DNA of 64,000 nucleotides from Octopus vulgaris (GCA_951406725.2 OX597821.1:60822001-60886000), one strand, 5' to 3'; counted from the first letter of the stretch, positions 1-14,601 are shown. Program-made: numbers and translations. The notes: generated by a model not told the origin, from the letters alone.

Positions 1-669
1 TATATATATGTATATATATATATGTATATATGTATATATATATATAATGTTTATTTGTTTCTTTATTACTTTATTCCTCACGTACCAAAAACATGTCTGT
101 GTGATTAACAAGTTCGCTTCGATTCGCATGGTTCCAGTTTCGATCTCACGTGATTTCTAGTACGTCTATCCTCGTTCATCATGCGTGTTTGTTTTCAAAT
201 AACATCGTGATCAATGAATTAAATCAGAACATCATCGATTATCGTACATTTTAAGCTAATGAAAGAGCTTTTAAACGGCCAAGAGGTAGAGACTTAAATG
301 CCTTCAAATTACTCCTGAAGAAGCTAATATAATAATGCAGTTAAACATATACTATATAATATATCTTCGTTTATCACGGATGTTTGATTTAACATAAATA
401 CATCGTGTTAAATGGATCAGTGATAAATGAATAATAGAACATATTGGACTAAATATGTTTCGACCTGAAACGCCAAGTTGCCTTGAGCATTGTGGAACGT
501 TGCTATGGCGCGCTTTTGTGATCCAAGCAGAATCTTCGATTGATCGCCGACCAGTTTTATCCCAGACCTATTCGCAATAAGCGCGACACGAAACCACAAC
601 GTACCGTGTTATTCCGAATGAGTGATGAGTAAATCAGTGCTGACTGAAGATAGATGTATTTTTCTATAG

Positions 670-816
670 TGTAACCCAAGCGCTATGAAACTGTGTGGAG
701 TCCATTTGGATGTAACCTATCTGATCTTGAGTGTCAGAACTAATGCTCAATGCAGTTTAACACCTCCGCTTAGCACATGGGTGCCCTTAGAGGTTCACTC
801 TGACGCGAGCATTCAG
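670..816 (+). other. Candidate internal exon of an unidentified transcript
   Basis: tttttctatAG acceptor with an upstream gctgac branch-like site and a CAG|gtgaga donor. 147 nt open in phase 0 (CNPSAMKLCGVHLDVTYLILSVRTNAQCSLTPPLSTWVPLEVHSDASIQ). No recognisable domain. Confidence 0.3.
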
Positions 817-967
817 GTGAGATTTTTTGTCTGGGAATAATTCGATATTATTATACGTCTCTCCTGCAACGTAAGAATATAGCCGTTCCTACTTATTTAC
901 ATCATCAGTCTTTGAAGAACTGCAGTTAGACATGAATGTTGTCCTACCATCCCTGCTTAAGCGTTAA

Positions 968-968
968 C

Positions 969-1050
<82 letters not shown>

Positions 1051-1090
1051 GTCTGTCTGTCTGAATGTCTGTCTGTCTGTCTGTCTATCT
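968..1090 (+). repeat. (TATC)n/(TGTC)n microsatellite
   Basis: Direct inspection. Confidence 0.95.
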
Positions 1091-1395
1091 GTTTGTCAGC
1101 CTGCCTTCTTGATTGACTAAATTCTATGTAATTAGCTATATATGCCGCATACTCTTCGTCTCTTTCGTTTTATCCCCTACTGAATCATCTTTCTCCATGC
1201 CTATTACACGAATATATGTATATATGTGTACACACACACACGCATATATATATACATATATATATGTGTGTGTGTGTGTGTAGAACCCTGCCTCTCTACC
1301 ACTTTATCAAACACACACCAACGTACGCATATTAATATGCGTATACATATCTGAACCCATCCATTTATTTATGTACATATTCTTTTTTTTTTCAG

Positions 1396-1452
1396 ATTGG
1401 AGAAGAAATTATCCATATTTGGACTATAACAACTGTGTCTTCATATAAATAG
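1396..1452 (+). other. Candidate terminal exon following 670-816
   Basis: Strong poly-T-CAG acceptor at 1381-1395. Phase-0 reading gives IGEEIIHIWTITTVSSYK then TAG at 1450-1452. Confidence 0.25.
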
Positions 1453-1839
1453 ATTTCAAGTTAGTATCATTGTATATAAATATGTTTCTTGTGTAATTTC
1501 AAAGCACAGCAGTTTTCCTTCAAAACCTTGTTCTAAATTCTATACGATACTATCTAATTAAAACCACAGTAAATAAGATTATTTGTCTGTTCATGAAGCT
1601 GGTCGTTACAAGATTTTTAGTGATACAGATTTCAAATATTTTAAGATTAATTGAATACATATGTGTTTCATTTACACGAAATGTTTTTGCATCTATTGCA
1701 AGTGTATTAGTTTTGCACATAAAATATACATTAGACATTTTGTATGATCCACATATAGTTTAATGTTTTGACATTTCTGTCATATATCCGCACGGTTGTC
1801 AAAGAGTACATTTCGCAACTAGGTGTGTGTGTGGACAAG

Positions 1840-2580
1840 CACTAAATATGGTTTGGTTGGCCCTTTTTCTGTTGGTCGACGGCATTGCAAAGATAGTATT
1901 TGAACCCCTTCTGCTGTGCCTAAGCTGTTTTTAAAAGCAAGTGTCTTGTCCCAGATTAATCATAACCGTACATATCTACATTAGGATCTTCCCATTCCTC
2001 CGAATTTTTCCATCGGGGTTTACTATCTCAATCCTTTTCAAATGCTCTTTATATTACCCCTCAAAGCATCAGGGGTTTATCATTATAATGAGCAAAGCTT
2101 GTGAAGAATCATTCCCACTCCTATGTCCTACAAACTGGTCTGGTTCAAACACGTACCATGAGCCCAGTAGTTATCAGGATGCAGAATGTGTATGGAGTTA
2201 CCTTCTCTTAGATGAGTTGCTAAAGAGGTGAAGTGTCTCATCTGCCTTGGATACGTTGGGTTGTTTGTTAGTGACTTTCTTTCGGAGGCATTTCTATGAC
2301 AGGCTAATTAACCAATCGCTGGGACCGTGGCAGATGCTGTTATTCCGGATCAGAGTAAACCTAGGAACCATAGTGGCTAAGTTGGCTGGTTTTCACTCTC
2401 CTCTAAATCCTGGAACTCATCAACTAGTGGATGCAACGGATAGCCATACCCAAGCTAAATATACCTCTCTTCCTTCACGCCTCAACTTCTGGTGGAGTCG
2501 TATGGGTGGTGTGTCTTAGGAAATTTAAACCTGGCGGTGCGTATCCCTCTCCAGCTTCGATCCCAACTGGTTTCTTCCAA
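1840..2580. repeat. Decayed interspersed repeat fragment with a related copy at ~5050-5420
   Basis: gtagttatcaggatgcagaatgtgtatggagttaccttctct (~2167) matches gtagttatcagggtgcaggatttgtatggagtaaccttctct (~5270); both also carry atgacaggctaat. Higher GC than flanks. Family not identified. Confidence 0.45.
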
Positions 2581-2615
2581 GGAGAATTAGTTAGAAGAGA
2601 TAGATAGATAGACAC

Positions 2616-2705
<90 letters not shown>

Positions 2706-2731
2706 GTAAAAAGTGAAAAAACTACAGAAGG

Positions 2732-2777
<46 letters not shown>

Positions 2778-3841
2778 GGAGAGAGAGATAGATGAACTTT
2801 TCTCTTATTCCTCAACTGCGAAAGGACGAAAGGCAAAACTGACAGCGTGAATTGTTTATAATGATTAGAGATGGAACGAATATAGTAAAGCTTTTTTTCT
2901 GAAATTCAAACCAAATTATGTCACCGTAAAATATGTATCTGGCCGAGAGAAAAAAACTGTCATTTGTACAAAAATCTGCACACTTAATTTCTTTTACAAA
3001 TGTGCAGGGATTATATGTATATACGTATATATAAACTTTATACCTAAAATAACACAGTTACATCCGCAGATCGACCCGCCATGCATTGTCTAGTATTTAG
3101 ACTGCATTTTTACTGGGCAATGTATGAATTTGATTGGCGAAGGGAAGGCAGATATAATTATGTATAGACAAAAAAGACCAGACACATCATTCGTGCATGT
3201 CATTTAACTAAAGCATGACAGAATGTTACATTTACATCTGATATATTATCCTTTTAGCCAAGTATAGTTTATTACATATCACTGGTAAATATAATGAAGA
3301 ATTATTGCTTACAAACAACTTCAATAACAACGACAGTAAACAACTGAATAGATATTAAAGTTTATATCTATGGGAGCCTAGAAATTTGCTGTTGTCATAT
3401 GATGATATAAAAGTAACTTCTTTAATGTGAAAAACTGCACATTAATAAGACACATTTAAATTTCATAGTAGGTAATCGGGACCAATCTTTATGAATTTTC
3501 TTCGTCTGATATGCATTTAAAGAGAGTTAGATCTATCGATATTAGCTTCACAAAAGAAAATTGTCGAAAAGACAATTATAATTCATGAATTTAATGGCAG
3601 AAAACTGTCGATAAGACGAGCAGCGTTGGGCAAATTTATGGCGAAGAAAAAAGCGAGAGAAAAGAACATAAATTTAACATATTAAAATACATAAAAATAG
3701 AACGGTTTAAATAGTTCACAGAGTAACTCGCCTCTTTGTTGAAAGTTACCTTCCGAGGAAAAAAGTAAAAAATAAAGCAATCCTCATAAATAAATCAACT
3801 GAAACAGGCCTTCTGTAATCTTAATATTGCACATTAATCGT

Positions 3842-3926
<85 letters not shown>

Positions 3927-3927
3927 A
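3842..3927 (+). repeat. (CTA)n microsatellite
   Basis: Direct inspection. Confidence 0.95.
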
Positions 3928-4357
3928 GTAGATGGTCTATCTTTACCAAGTCCTTCGAATTAGCAGTCTCGTCTTATTTATTAAGAATGGCAGCCAGATC
4001 TTTCAAATTATTCAATGGGGATTGTAGTTACCAGGAAAGACAAACGAAGTAAGAAGACAAAAGCAAATGAAATACACGCACTAATAGGTTGGGTGGTCAC
4101 AATCTGGAACGCCTTTCATCAAAGTATGCCCATCAAAGGATTCGTCAACAATACAGTTAATCCGAAAACAAATGTTAATTGCGTATGCATTGTGGCTCAT
4201 TGCACGATCGCTGAACAATCTGAAAGCGCTTCTCTTAGTTAGGAACCGAAGGTAACTAAACCAGTATGCATTCTTCTTGCGACATTTTTCTGAAGATGAA
4301 GTGATCATGAGAGAATGGAGATTTTGTATATAAAAGATTCATCTCCACATTATGTGA

Positions 4358-4741
4358 TCTCTCTATATATAAACGGCAGTTTGTCTGTGCGTGTTTCTGT
4401 GTGTCTGTTTTCTTGTACCCTCACCCTGACCACGGCTTTCAACCGATTCTGATGAAACTTGGCACACACATAGCCCAATGTCATAATTCAAAACTAACGC
4501 AGCGAAAATTTTGAAAAGTTCCCCCAGTTCTGACAAAAATCGATAAATTCGACATGGGGTCGAGAATCAGAAACACAAACGGCAAACTGTCTAGGGGACG
4601 CAACTCCACCTTTTTTAACTAAAAAAAAAATTTACAATAATTTTTTTCCATCTTTTTGCTGTTTTTTTGGCTATAACTCTCTAAAAATGCTTTATAGTTA
4701 TTTCCCTTACAAACCTGAGCAACGCCGGGCGATACTGCTAG
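4358..4741 (+). mobile_element. Non-autonomous Helitron, copy 1
   Basis: A|TC start (TCTCTCTATATATAAA), TGTC-rich subterminal tract, imperfect GC hairpin ctgagcaacgccggg about 10 nt before a CTAG 3' end. Confidence 0.75.
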
Positions 4742-5029
4742 TCTTTATATATAAAAGTGAAGTTGTGCGTCTGTCTTTTACGATTTAGATTCCTAACTAC
4801 TCCCACATTTTGCGGTGCAGTGTAACCAAAAGCAGGTATCTTATAGTCGTGATTCATATCGAGCCCTTCTGGGTATTAGCGCGCGTCTACGATTTAAAAA
4901 AAAATTTACCATCATATTTTCCCATTTATAATGCATTTTTTTGCAATTATATAAGGGAAGTAACTCTCTAAAAATGCTTATATAGTTATTTCCCTTACAA
5001 ATCCGAGCAACGCCGGGCGATAGTGCTAG
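4742..5029 (+). mobile_element. Non-autonomous Helitron, copy 2, abutting copy 1
   Basis: Starts TCTTTATATATAAAA right after the CTAG of copy 1. Shares the last ~70 bp and hairpin; ends CTAG|T. Confidence 0.75.
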
Positions 5030-6099
5030 TGGGTTAATAAAAGTGACTGAAGGCCACTACATAGGATAGCATCACAGAATCAACTGGATGCAAAAGTGAC
5101 CGATAAGCAACTTCAAAGTGACGTTCACCGCTGGGCCATCACGACAATAAGAAGAGAGACGAAGTCGTCTGAGACACTCACAGATATAATAAATATTATT
5201 GTGTGCATGCTTTTTGTAGAGCTAGTTCAAGATTTGTATTGGTCTAATGCAACAAATGTCACAAGAATCGTAGTTATCAGGGTGCAGGATTTGTATGGAG
5301 TAACCTTCTCTTACAGGAGCCACTAAAGAGCTGAAATGCCTCATTTGCCCTGGGTCCATTGGGACGTCTGTGAGTGACTTTGTTTCATAATCAATCCCAT
5401 GACAGGCTAATGAGCCCGTGCACACTGTATATGTATACAGACTGTATATGTGGCAGGCATATGTGTAGTTTATAGTGGTGTACTGTGATGGAAATGCTAT
5501 CTGGATTGATGCCCAGTATTAAATCTTTCGGTAATGATACATTTAATGAAGTAGTACCTTAATAATATTATCTCAAGAACTGTATCAAATAGATATATTT
5601 ACACTACAAAAAACTCGAAGATATTTATCAAGCATATGACAAAACAGTTACAGTTTGATAGGCTTTTACTCGAGGGTATCATTTATTACTTTAGCTGAGT
5701 TGCACAAAGCTTCACATAGTGACACGTTATAATTCAGAAACATGTAGAAAATCTTGTCAAGGCATTTATCTATATGTTTATAGAAAAGTCTATCAGTTTA
5801 AGACAGTTTTCAGTATTGCTTTTCCCATCATTGATTTTTCTCAAATTCCAACCGTTGTTTCTTATTTACTGTATTTAGAAATTATGCTTATATTATACTT
5901 ATATATATTATATTCATACTTATACGTTTCGTATTCAGTATTTGTATTTATATTTATACAATTTGCACTTTAATAGAAAAATGCACATGAATATTAACAT
6001 GCACGCACACAAACATACACGTAACAAGTGCAAAAGATATTGACACAAACAGAAACTACGTGCGCACTGTAACAGCCCACATGCTCAATGATACACATA

Positions 6100-6147
6100 A
6101 TACCGTGTGTGTTTGTGTATATATACATGTATGTGCGTGTACATATA

Positions 6148-6190
<43 letters not shown>

Positions 6191-6268
6191 TATATATATA
6201 TACATACATACATACATATTATATATATATATGTATATATATATATTTATGTATGTATATATATATAA

Positions 6269-6312
<44 letters not shown>

Positions 6313-6324
6313 TTATGTATGTAT

Positions 6325-6374
<50 letters not shown>

Positions 6375-6450
6375 GTATGTATGTATATATATGTATGTAT
6401 ATGTATGTATATATATATATATATATATATATACAGACACACACATATAT
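6100..6450 (+). repeat. Compound (TA)n/(TATG)n microsatellite
   Basis: Direct inspection; source of many YI-repeat ORFs. Confidence 0.95.
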
Positions 6451-6963
6451 TTGTACATGTATCTTTTTACTTGTTTCAGTCATTTGCCTGATATATTGTG
6501 GAATAATTTCACTTATTTCTATGGTTATAAAAATATTCACATAAGCACATGTGTTGTCTAATATATGATTCACACACAAAGAATTCTTAACACGTGGATA
6601 CACGTATATGTTAAGTTTAACATATTCTTTTTACTTTTTGCACATACATTTCTCTTTCGGCGCTCTTAAGTCACAGTCCTTTGGGCAGGTTGTCTTCCTT
6701 TACTTATATACTGACATTTTGTTCTTCGTTTTTTTTTTTCTCAGTTTGCTTCAACTACACAAAGATCATGTAAACATTTCAAGGAACTTTATTGTAAGAA
6801 ACAGTAACAAAGGTTAAATGAAAATAACAAAAATAATATAAAGAAATCAAAGCAACCGAAAAAAATGAGAAAAAAAAAAACCGGAGTGGAATAATGTTGA
6901 AATTTCATTTCAACCTTATTTCATTCGTGTTTTTGCTTCTCGTTTTTATAGTATAGAAATCGG

Positions 6964-7056
<93 letters not shown>

Positions 7057-7246
7057 GTCCCCTCTGTATTCAGCCCTATGTGGCCAATAAAGAAAGTTAT
7101 CTATCTGCCTATCTGTCTGCCTGCCTGCCTGCCTGCCTGCCTGTCTCTTTGCCTGCCTGTCTGTCTGCCTGTCTGTATATCTATCTGTCTGTCTGTCTTC
7201 TTGCCTGCCTGCCTGCGTGTTTGTCTATTTGTCTGTCTGTCCGTCC

Positions 7247-7302
<56 letters not shown>

Positions 7303-7363
7303 GTCTATCTATCTATCTATCTATCTACTTTCAAGTTCTAAAATATACACCCACACACTCACA

Positions 7364-7402
<39 letters not shown>

Positions 7403-7515
7403 GCACACAAATTTATATGCACATTCAGACATGCTCACTTACATATGCCTATATGTGCGTGTGTATGTATATATTGTTTGTGTAACTTCATTTCAAAACA
7501 AATATACAGCCTGGT

Positions 7516-7585
<70 letters not shown>

Positions 7586-7687
7586 GTATATATGTATATG
7601 TATACACGCGCACATGTACGTATGTATGCATACACACACACACATATTATATATATAGAGAGAGTGAGAGAGTGAGAGTGAGTGAGT

Positions 7688-7745
<58 letters not shown>
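6964..7745 (+). repeat. Microsatellite cluster (TATC)n,(TGCC)n,(TA)n,(GA)n
   Basis: Direct inspection. Confidence 0.9.
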
Positions 7746-7747
<2 letters not shown>

Positions 7748-8384
7748 TAGAAGATACACACTCATGTACGCATACAGAACTATGAAAATGTTTTAATTTA
7801 AATATTTTCTGTATCTCAGAGTATGTATGTTTATATGTATATATCTAATCGTTTTGTCTGTATTATGATGGATGGATTCATACATGCATACATAGATAAA
7901 TATACACATACATACATGCATACATACATACATACATACATACATACATACATACATACATACATGCATACATACATATGTATACACGCATATATGCAAT
8001 AAATTCCAGAGTATACCAACGTAACATTTCTGTTTTCTAGCTCTCAAATTATTTAGTTTTATCGATTTGTGTGTACAAAATATATATAAACATATCCTCT
8101 GTATATGAGCCATTGCACGAATGTTTATGCTTATCTGCTTGCTCATGCAAGCCTATATACTGTAAGGGGAAGTGTATAAATGTTTGTCTATATGTACGTG
8201 GCTAATTGTATTTTTTTTTATATCTTCTGCTAACGGCAAAATACAATAGTCGATTTGGCAAGGAAACAAATTTGGACTTGAATAAATGTTAAGAATAACG
8301 TTGTAGTAATATTACTAACATTATAACATTAGTATAAGCAATACGAACAGCAATAGTTGCTCCACTATTGTTGTTGTTGAAGCA

Positions 8385-8764
8385 GTCGTGGCACTCTGTC
8401 GATTACGACGACGAAGGTTCCAGTTGATCCGATCAACGGAACAGTCTGCACGTGTAATTAACGAGCAAGTGTTTGAGCACTCCACAGACACGTGTACCCT
8501 TAAAGTAGTTCTCGGGGAGATTCAGCGAGACACAGAGTGTGATAAGGCTGGCCCATTGAAATAAAAGTATAACAGAAACAAGAAGAAAGAGTAAGAGAAA
8601 GTTGTGGTGAAAGAATACAGCAGGGTTCGCCACCACCACCGGAGCCTCGTGGAGTTTTAGGTATTTTCTCTCAATAAACATAACAACGTCCGGTCTGAGA
8701 ATCGAAACCGCGAGCCTATGATTGCAAGGTCGCTGCCCTAACCTCTGGTCCATTACACCTCCAC
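8385..8764 (-). mobile_element. tRNA-derived SINE family C (tRNA-Arg-like head), long-tail variant
   Basis: Collinear with 22801-23188; reverse strand starts GTGGAGGTGTAATGGACCAGAGGTTAGGGCAGC with A/B-box-like motifs. Confidence 0.85.
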
Positions 8765-8903
8765 GTTGCAATAGTAATATAAACAACGATAACAGACACA
8801 ACAACAATAAAAATAAAAATAAAAAGGTGACAACTATATCAACTCCTTACTTTTTAACTGCTACTATTATAGCAGTGGCTGTCATAGCAATAGCAGTAGT
8901 AGT

Positions 8904-8935
<32 letters not shown>

Positions 8936-9069
8936 TAGTAATAATAATAATAATAATGATAAAAATAATAAAAATTAAAAAAAAAATAATAACAAGAAGA
9001 AGAATAAGAATAATAAGAATAAGAATAAAAATAAAAATAATAATAATAATAATAGTAATAATGTAGCTA

Positions 9070-9250
9070 TTTTGTGGGAGGGGATGCGTCGATTAGATCG
9101 ACCATAGTATTCAACTGATACTTAATTTATCGACATCAAAGGAATGGCAGGCAAAGTCAAACCCGGCGGTATTTGAACACAGAACGTAACGACGGACGAA
9201 ATGCCGCTAAGCATTTTGCCCGGCATGCTAACGATACTGGCAGCTTTGCA
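9070..9250 (-). mobile_element. SINE family B (Meta-domain-like core)
   Basis: Matches the reverse complement of the 20865-21103 head and core. Confidence 0.8.
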
Positions 9251-9806
9251 GTACCAGGCAGTGGCTCTCATGGCTTCTGATCTTAACTGACTGGAAGTGT
9301 TATCATGTACATTGTTTTGTCTTGGTATAAAAGATGGGCTACAGCAAATATTCTGCTCAATACCACAGATTTGCTAGTCAGTTGTTTGACCTTAACCAGT
9401 TGAGCATGTCCCCTAGTGGCTGACGATATGTGCATCTCTGATCACGAGCAGAAGTAGTGGGGGAGCATCATAGCCATGTGTTGAGAGGGATTCTTTGGGG
9501 TTTGAATAATTCACCTCTGGAAACATGGGTGGTTCTTTCAACATCCTTAAACAACCCTTATTCAGGGACCGTTTGAGCGGGATGGGTTACTCAACCTGAA
9601 GAAATTTCTAACTGGGCTCCACTCGCAAGGTCATTTGCTGTTTATCTTGATATGAGATCACCATGTCGCGCACATATGGTTGTGATGCATGTGCCTGGTG
9701 TACCCTTATCAGACAGGTAGTCATGATGGGTATATTGGGCTTTGTATATTTTATCCCAGTGTCACTTTGATGGCATGGACTGCTCTCTCACTCTATAATA
9801 ATAATA

Positions 9807-9885
<79 letters not shown>

Positions 9886-10301
9886 CTTTTGAGCGGGATG
9901 GGCTACTCAACCTGAAGAAACCTGTAGCCATTCTTTGGGGTTTGAATAATTCACCTCTGGAAACATGGGTGGTTCTTTCAACATCCTTAAACAACCCTTA
10001 TTCAGGGACCTTTTGAGCGGGATGGGCTACTCAACCTGAAGAAAATTCTAACTGGGCCCCACCTGCAAGGTCATGTGCTGTTTATCTTGATATGAGATCA
10101 TCATGTCGAGCACATATGGTTGTGATGCATGTGCCTGGTGTACCCTTATCAGACAGGTAGTCATGATGGGTATATTGGGCTACGTATATTTTACCCCAGT
10201 GTCACTTTGATGGCATGCACTGCTCTCTCACTCAATAATAATAATAGAATAATAATAATAATAATAATAACACAATAATAATAATACAATAACTATAATA
10301 C

Positions 10302-10360
<59 letters not shown>
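9250..10360 (+). mobile_element. Tandem 5'-truncated copies of an (AAT)n-tailed element
   Basis: ~9490-9795 is nearly identical to ~9930-10233; a short third piece lies at ~9885-9921. Each long copy ends ctgctctctcactc followed by (AAT)n. Confidence 0.75.
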
Positions 10361-10423
10361 GAAGAAGACTAATAATCTTAACAAAAATCATTCTATCGCT
10401 TTTTTATTTTATTCATTTTTCTC

Positions 10424-10875
10424 ATGTATTGTTGCTCGTATGTTTGTATGTATGTATGTATGTATGTATGTATGTATGTATGTATGGTGTATGTATGTAT
10501 GTGTATATGTATGCATGTGTATATGTATGTATGTCTACAAGTATTTATGTATGAATGTATGCTGTATGTATGTATGTTGTATGTATGTATGTATGTATAT
10601 ATGTATGTGTATAAGTATGTATGTCGGCATGTACGTATGTATGTATGTATATATATATATACCTATATCTATCTATCTATATTTATCCTATCTACGTATA
10701 TGCATACATGCATCTATCGATGTAACAATCAGTTGATTTATCTATTTACATAATATGCACACACACACCATATATATATGTGTGCGTGTGTAAGTGCGTG
10801 TGTTTGTGTGTGTACATTATTACATACACTCACTTATAATCATGCATATAATCATATCTACAACATACGTAAACA

Positions 10876-10936
<61 letters not shown>

Positions 10937-10937
10937 G

Positions 10938-10986
<49 letters not shown>

Positions 10987-11110
10987 GTATACATATATAT
11001 ATAATAGCATGTGTATGTATATATACATGCATACATACACACACACACGCTCGCACACACACACACTCACCCATGCACACACACACACACACACACACAC
11101 CCGTATATGA
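10424..11110 (+). repeat. (TATG)n,(TA)n,(CA)n microsatellite cluster
   Basis: Direct inspection. Confidence 0.9.
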
Positions 11111-11343
11111 ATATGAACATAAATATACCTTCTCATAAACTATTGAAATACATGAAACCATAATGGAGAAAAATCATGTTTACTTTAATATATTTCTTTA
11201 TTTTCACTCTAACAATGCAGTTTTCTTTCTTGTTCCTGTTCTTATATATGCATTCTTGTTTTGTTTACATAAAACAAATATTTACAGCAACTCTGAACGC
11301 ATGTGATAAGCTTGTAAAATTTCCCTTCCAGCATAATATGTGC

Positions 11344-11388
<45 letters not shown>

Positions 11389-12554
11389 TGTGCGTGTGTG
11401 TGTGTAAAAGTAATTTTCATCAGCAAATGTTTGTCCAATTTAATAAATATATTTAGAGACATTTTGTAATTATTAAATATAATTTTCCAATGTAATGTTT
11501 CTAATTAGTTTTTGTAGTAAAATATAGGAATTTTTCTCGAGAAAGAGAAGACATAAAGAAGCTAAAACAAAGGAAATGCTAAAGTTATAATTGTAATTGT
11601 GAAGGTGAGATGGAGAAATGAGATACAAAGAAGAATTGAGGTACCAAAGACAGAAGGAAGGAGGAAGGGAGAAATGAAGAAATAAAGAGAGTGAAGTAAA
11701 GTGAGAGGGAGAGATGAGTTAAGTGTTAAAAACAATAATGATCATGCAAAGGGAAATAGATTAAGAGAAATAAAGAGAGAGAGAGGGAGAGAGAGAGGGA
11801 GAGAGAGAGGGGATAAAGAGAGCGAGAGAGAACTTTTGAAAATGAAAGTGGATAAGAGAACGATGTGCAATGTGTACGAGAATACTAGAAACAATTGTAA
11901 ACTATAGGTAATAGGGAAGATATTCACACCATTCAACAACGGTGAATTATCAGAGGAGAGAAACAGGTGTAAAATTAAGTTATGAATAAAATATTGCACA
12001 ATGAATGTAAAAAGAAAATAAAGGTAAAGATAATAAAATGTATATAAGAGAAAAGGTGAACAAGAATGTGATAAGATTGAAAAGAGAAAGCAAAACAAAA
12101 CGAAAGGTGAACTGAGGAAAAATGATGATTGCTACGAAGAGGAAGAGGAAGGGGAAGAGGAAGGAACTGATAGCGAAAGGAATAATTTTGCACACACACA
12201 CACGCCGCCGCACACACACCGCCGCACGCACATCACACACACAGAGTTCCTTGGAACTGTCTTGACACAAATAAGACCTGTCATTTTGTCAGTGATAGGT
12301 TTGAATTCTGGGAAGAATTTGAACAACTCTCTGAAATGGTATGTATATACACATGAGTATAGGCATACGAATACGTATCATACATACACATTCATGAATG
12401 AAACCATAGCAATTCACACAAGTAATGGCATTTGAGTATATATATTTGCAGATACATACATACATACATATGCATACATATATACATACACATACATATA
12501 CACCCACACACCTCTCTCTGTCTCTCTTTGTATATATATATATGTGTGTGTGTG

Positions 12555-12600
<46 letters not shown>

Positions 12601-13626
12601 AACACTCATACACTCACACAGAGGCACACAAACACACACACACATTGGTATATGTATGAATACATAAATTCTTCCATGCCTACTTAGTTGGTTTCAGTGT
12701 TGCAATGAAAGGATCTCGTTTCTGGGTTGGAGATGCATTTCCCTCTATTGTTGACAAATACTAAAAACAGTGGAAGCATACATACGAATATATTGAAGCA
12801 TTCAGATAGCATCTTCGGAACAACTATAATAAAAACGAATACATCAACCGAATACTAAAGAAATACAACATCTTATAAGTGAAGAATAATTCGTTAGGAA
12901 GTACTCAATTCTCGATAATGTATCGTGTGGTCCTCAACTGCTGAACAAGTGTACTTCAACAGATTTGAAAAAAGTTTATGCATGAGCATATTTCCAAGAA
13001 ATTACTGAGATGCTTGATCAATACATCGCGCCACATTGTGAAGATTATTTGTTTACAATCCAAGAAAGCTACCATATAAGTTAAGAAATAGACTTCTTAC
13101 CGCCTATTTATCTTTGAATTATTATATAACACTGACAAAAATGGATGCGAAAATTCCTTTATTCAACGCCATAAGAACCACGTGGGCGTATTCGAGTACC
13201 TTATATATATTTGGGTCGGTGCTTATGCTACACAATATTTTATTCTGTATCTCAACTCACATAAAGTACTGTTTGTCTGAGTGTCAAAACTTTATCGCCA
13301 AACACTCTACACGTTTGCTTTCTTTGCTTTTAATGCAATTCTTGTCCCACTTTCCTCCTGTTATTTTTTTTTATCTTTACTTTGTGTTAAGCTAAGATCC
13401 GTTCTGAAGACTTCATTCAAAACCTGACTGAACTGTATCTCTTTGAAACTTCCATCATGGGTACGTTTTTATTACAAACATCAACTTGCGGAATATTAAT
13501 GTGAACATCAAAAGCGTCGATGTAAACATCCAATCTGAAAAAAGAAGGAGAGACAGACAGGTTGATAGATATCATAAGAGATATGTAGAGAAATAAACAC
13601 ACACACACATACATACATACATGTAT

Positions 13627-13696
<70 letters not shown>

Positions 13697-13700
13697 GTGT

Positions 13701-14053
13701 AGGCGCAGCGTGGCTATGTGGTAAGAAGTTTGCTTCCCAACCCCTTGGTTCCAGGTTAGTTCAACTTCTACTACAGCCTCGGGCCTATCAAAGCTTTGTG
13801 AGTGGATTTGGTAGACGGAAACTGAAAGAAGCCTGTCGTACATGTATATATATATATATATTTGTGTGTGTCTGTGCTTGTCCCCTCCACCATCGCTTGA
13901 CAGCCGATCTTGGTGTGTTTACGTACCCGTAAATTAGTGGTTCGGCAAAACCGATAGAATAAGTACAAGACTTACAAAGAATAAGTCTTGGGGACGATTC
14001 GTTCGACTAAAAGCATGGCCGCAGTCAAATTACTGAAACAAGTAAATGAATAA
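13701..14053 (+). mobile_element. SINE family A (tRNA-like head, internal TA/TG microsatellite)
   Basis: Shares gtgagtggatttggtagacggaaactgaaagaagcc and gcatggccgcagtcaaat..ctgaaacaag with more than 10 other copies. Confidence 0.85.
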
Positions 14054-14601
14054 ATAAATACATGAATATATATATATATATGTATATATATTATATATAC
14101 ATACATATGTTTATATGTATATATATGTATGTATGCATGTATATGTGTGTGTACGTGCGTGTTTGTGTGCGCGCGGATGTGTTTGTGCGTGCGTGTGTGT
14201 GTGTGTGTGTGTATGAGTATGCAAATTATTGAAAAACATTTAGCTTTAGAAAGGATCATTGTAAAAGGAAAGAAAACACCGAAAATCTTGTAAAAGTAAA
14301 AAAAAAAACGTAGAGACAGATCTAGAAGTAGAGTGAAATCCCAGGGTATTCTACTTGAGAAAAGATGGATGTGTTTTTGAGTGGGAATTCACTGGAATAG
14401 TGTTGTGCATTGATTGCGAGCGAAATAAACTACCTCTGTGCATGCTTTTATTTTAGATTCAAAATATCAGTTTATAACTAACACAGCTTAATGACATATC
14501 TTTAAGGCTGCGCACACAATTTGATATTTTCTTTTCTAACATCGCAAAACCTGCTTTTCTAAAGTTTGCCTAGAGAAAAAGAAACCAGAAAGAACCATGA
14601 T

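Noticed and set aside
5994-7765. Many overlapping YI/CV/LSIY-repeat ORFs here and throughout the window
   Set aside because: They are translations of stop-free microsatellites in several frames on both strands.
12700-13420. Possible decayed Penelope GIY-YIG region
   Set aside because: Only vague motif remnants with no continuous frame; too weak to call.
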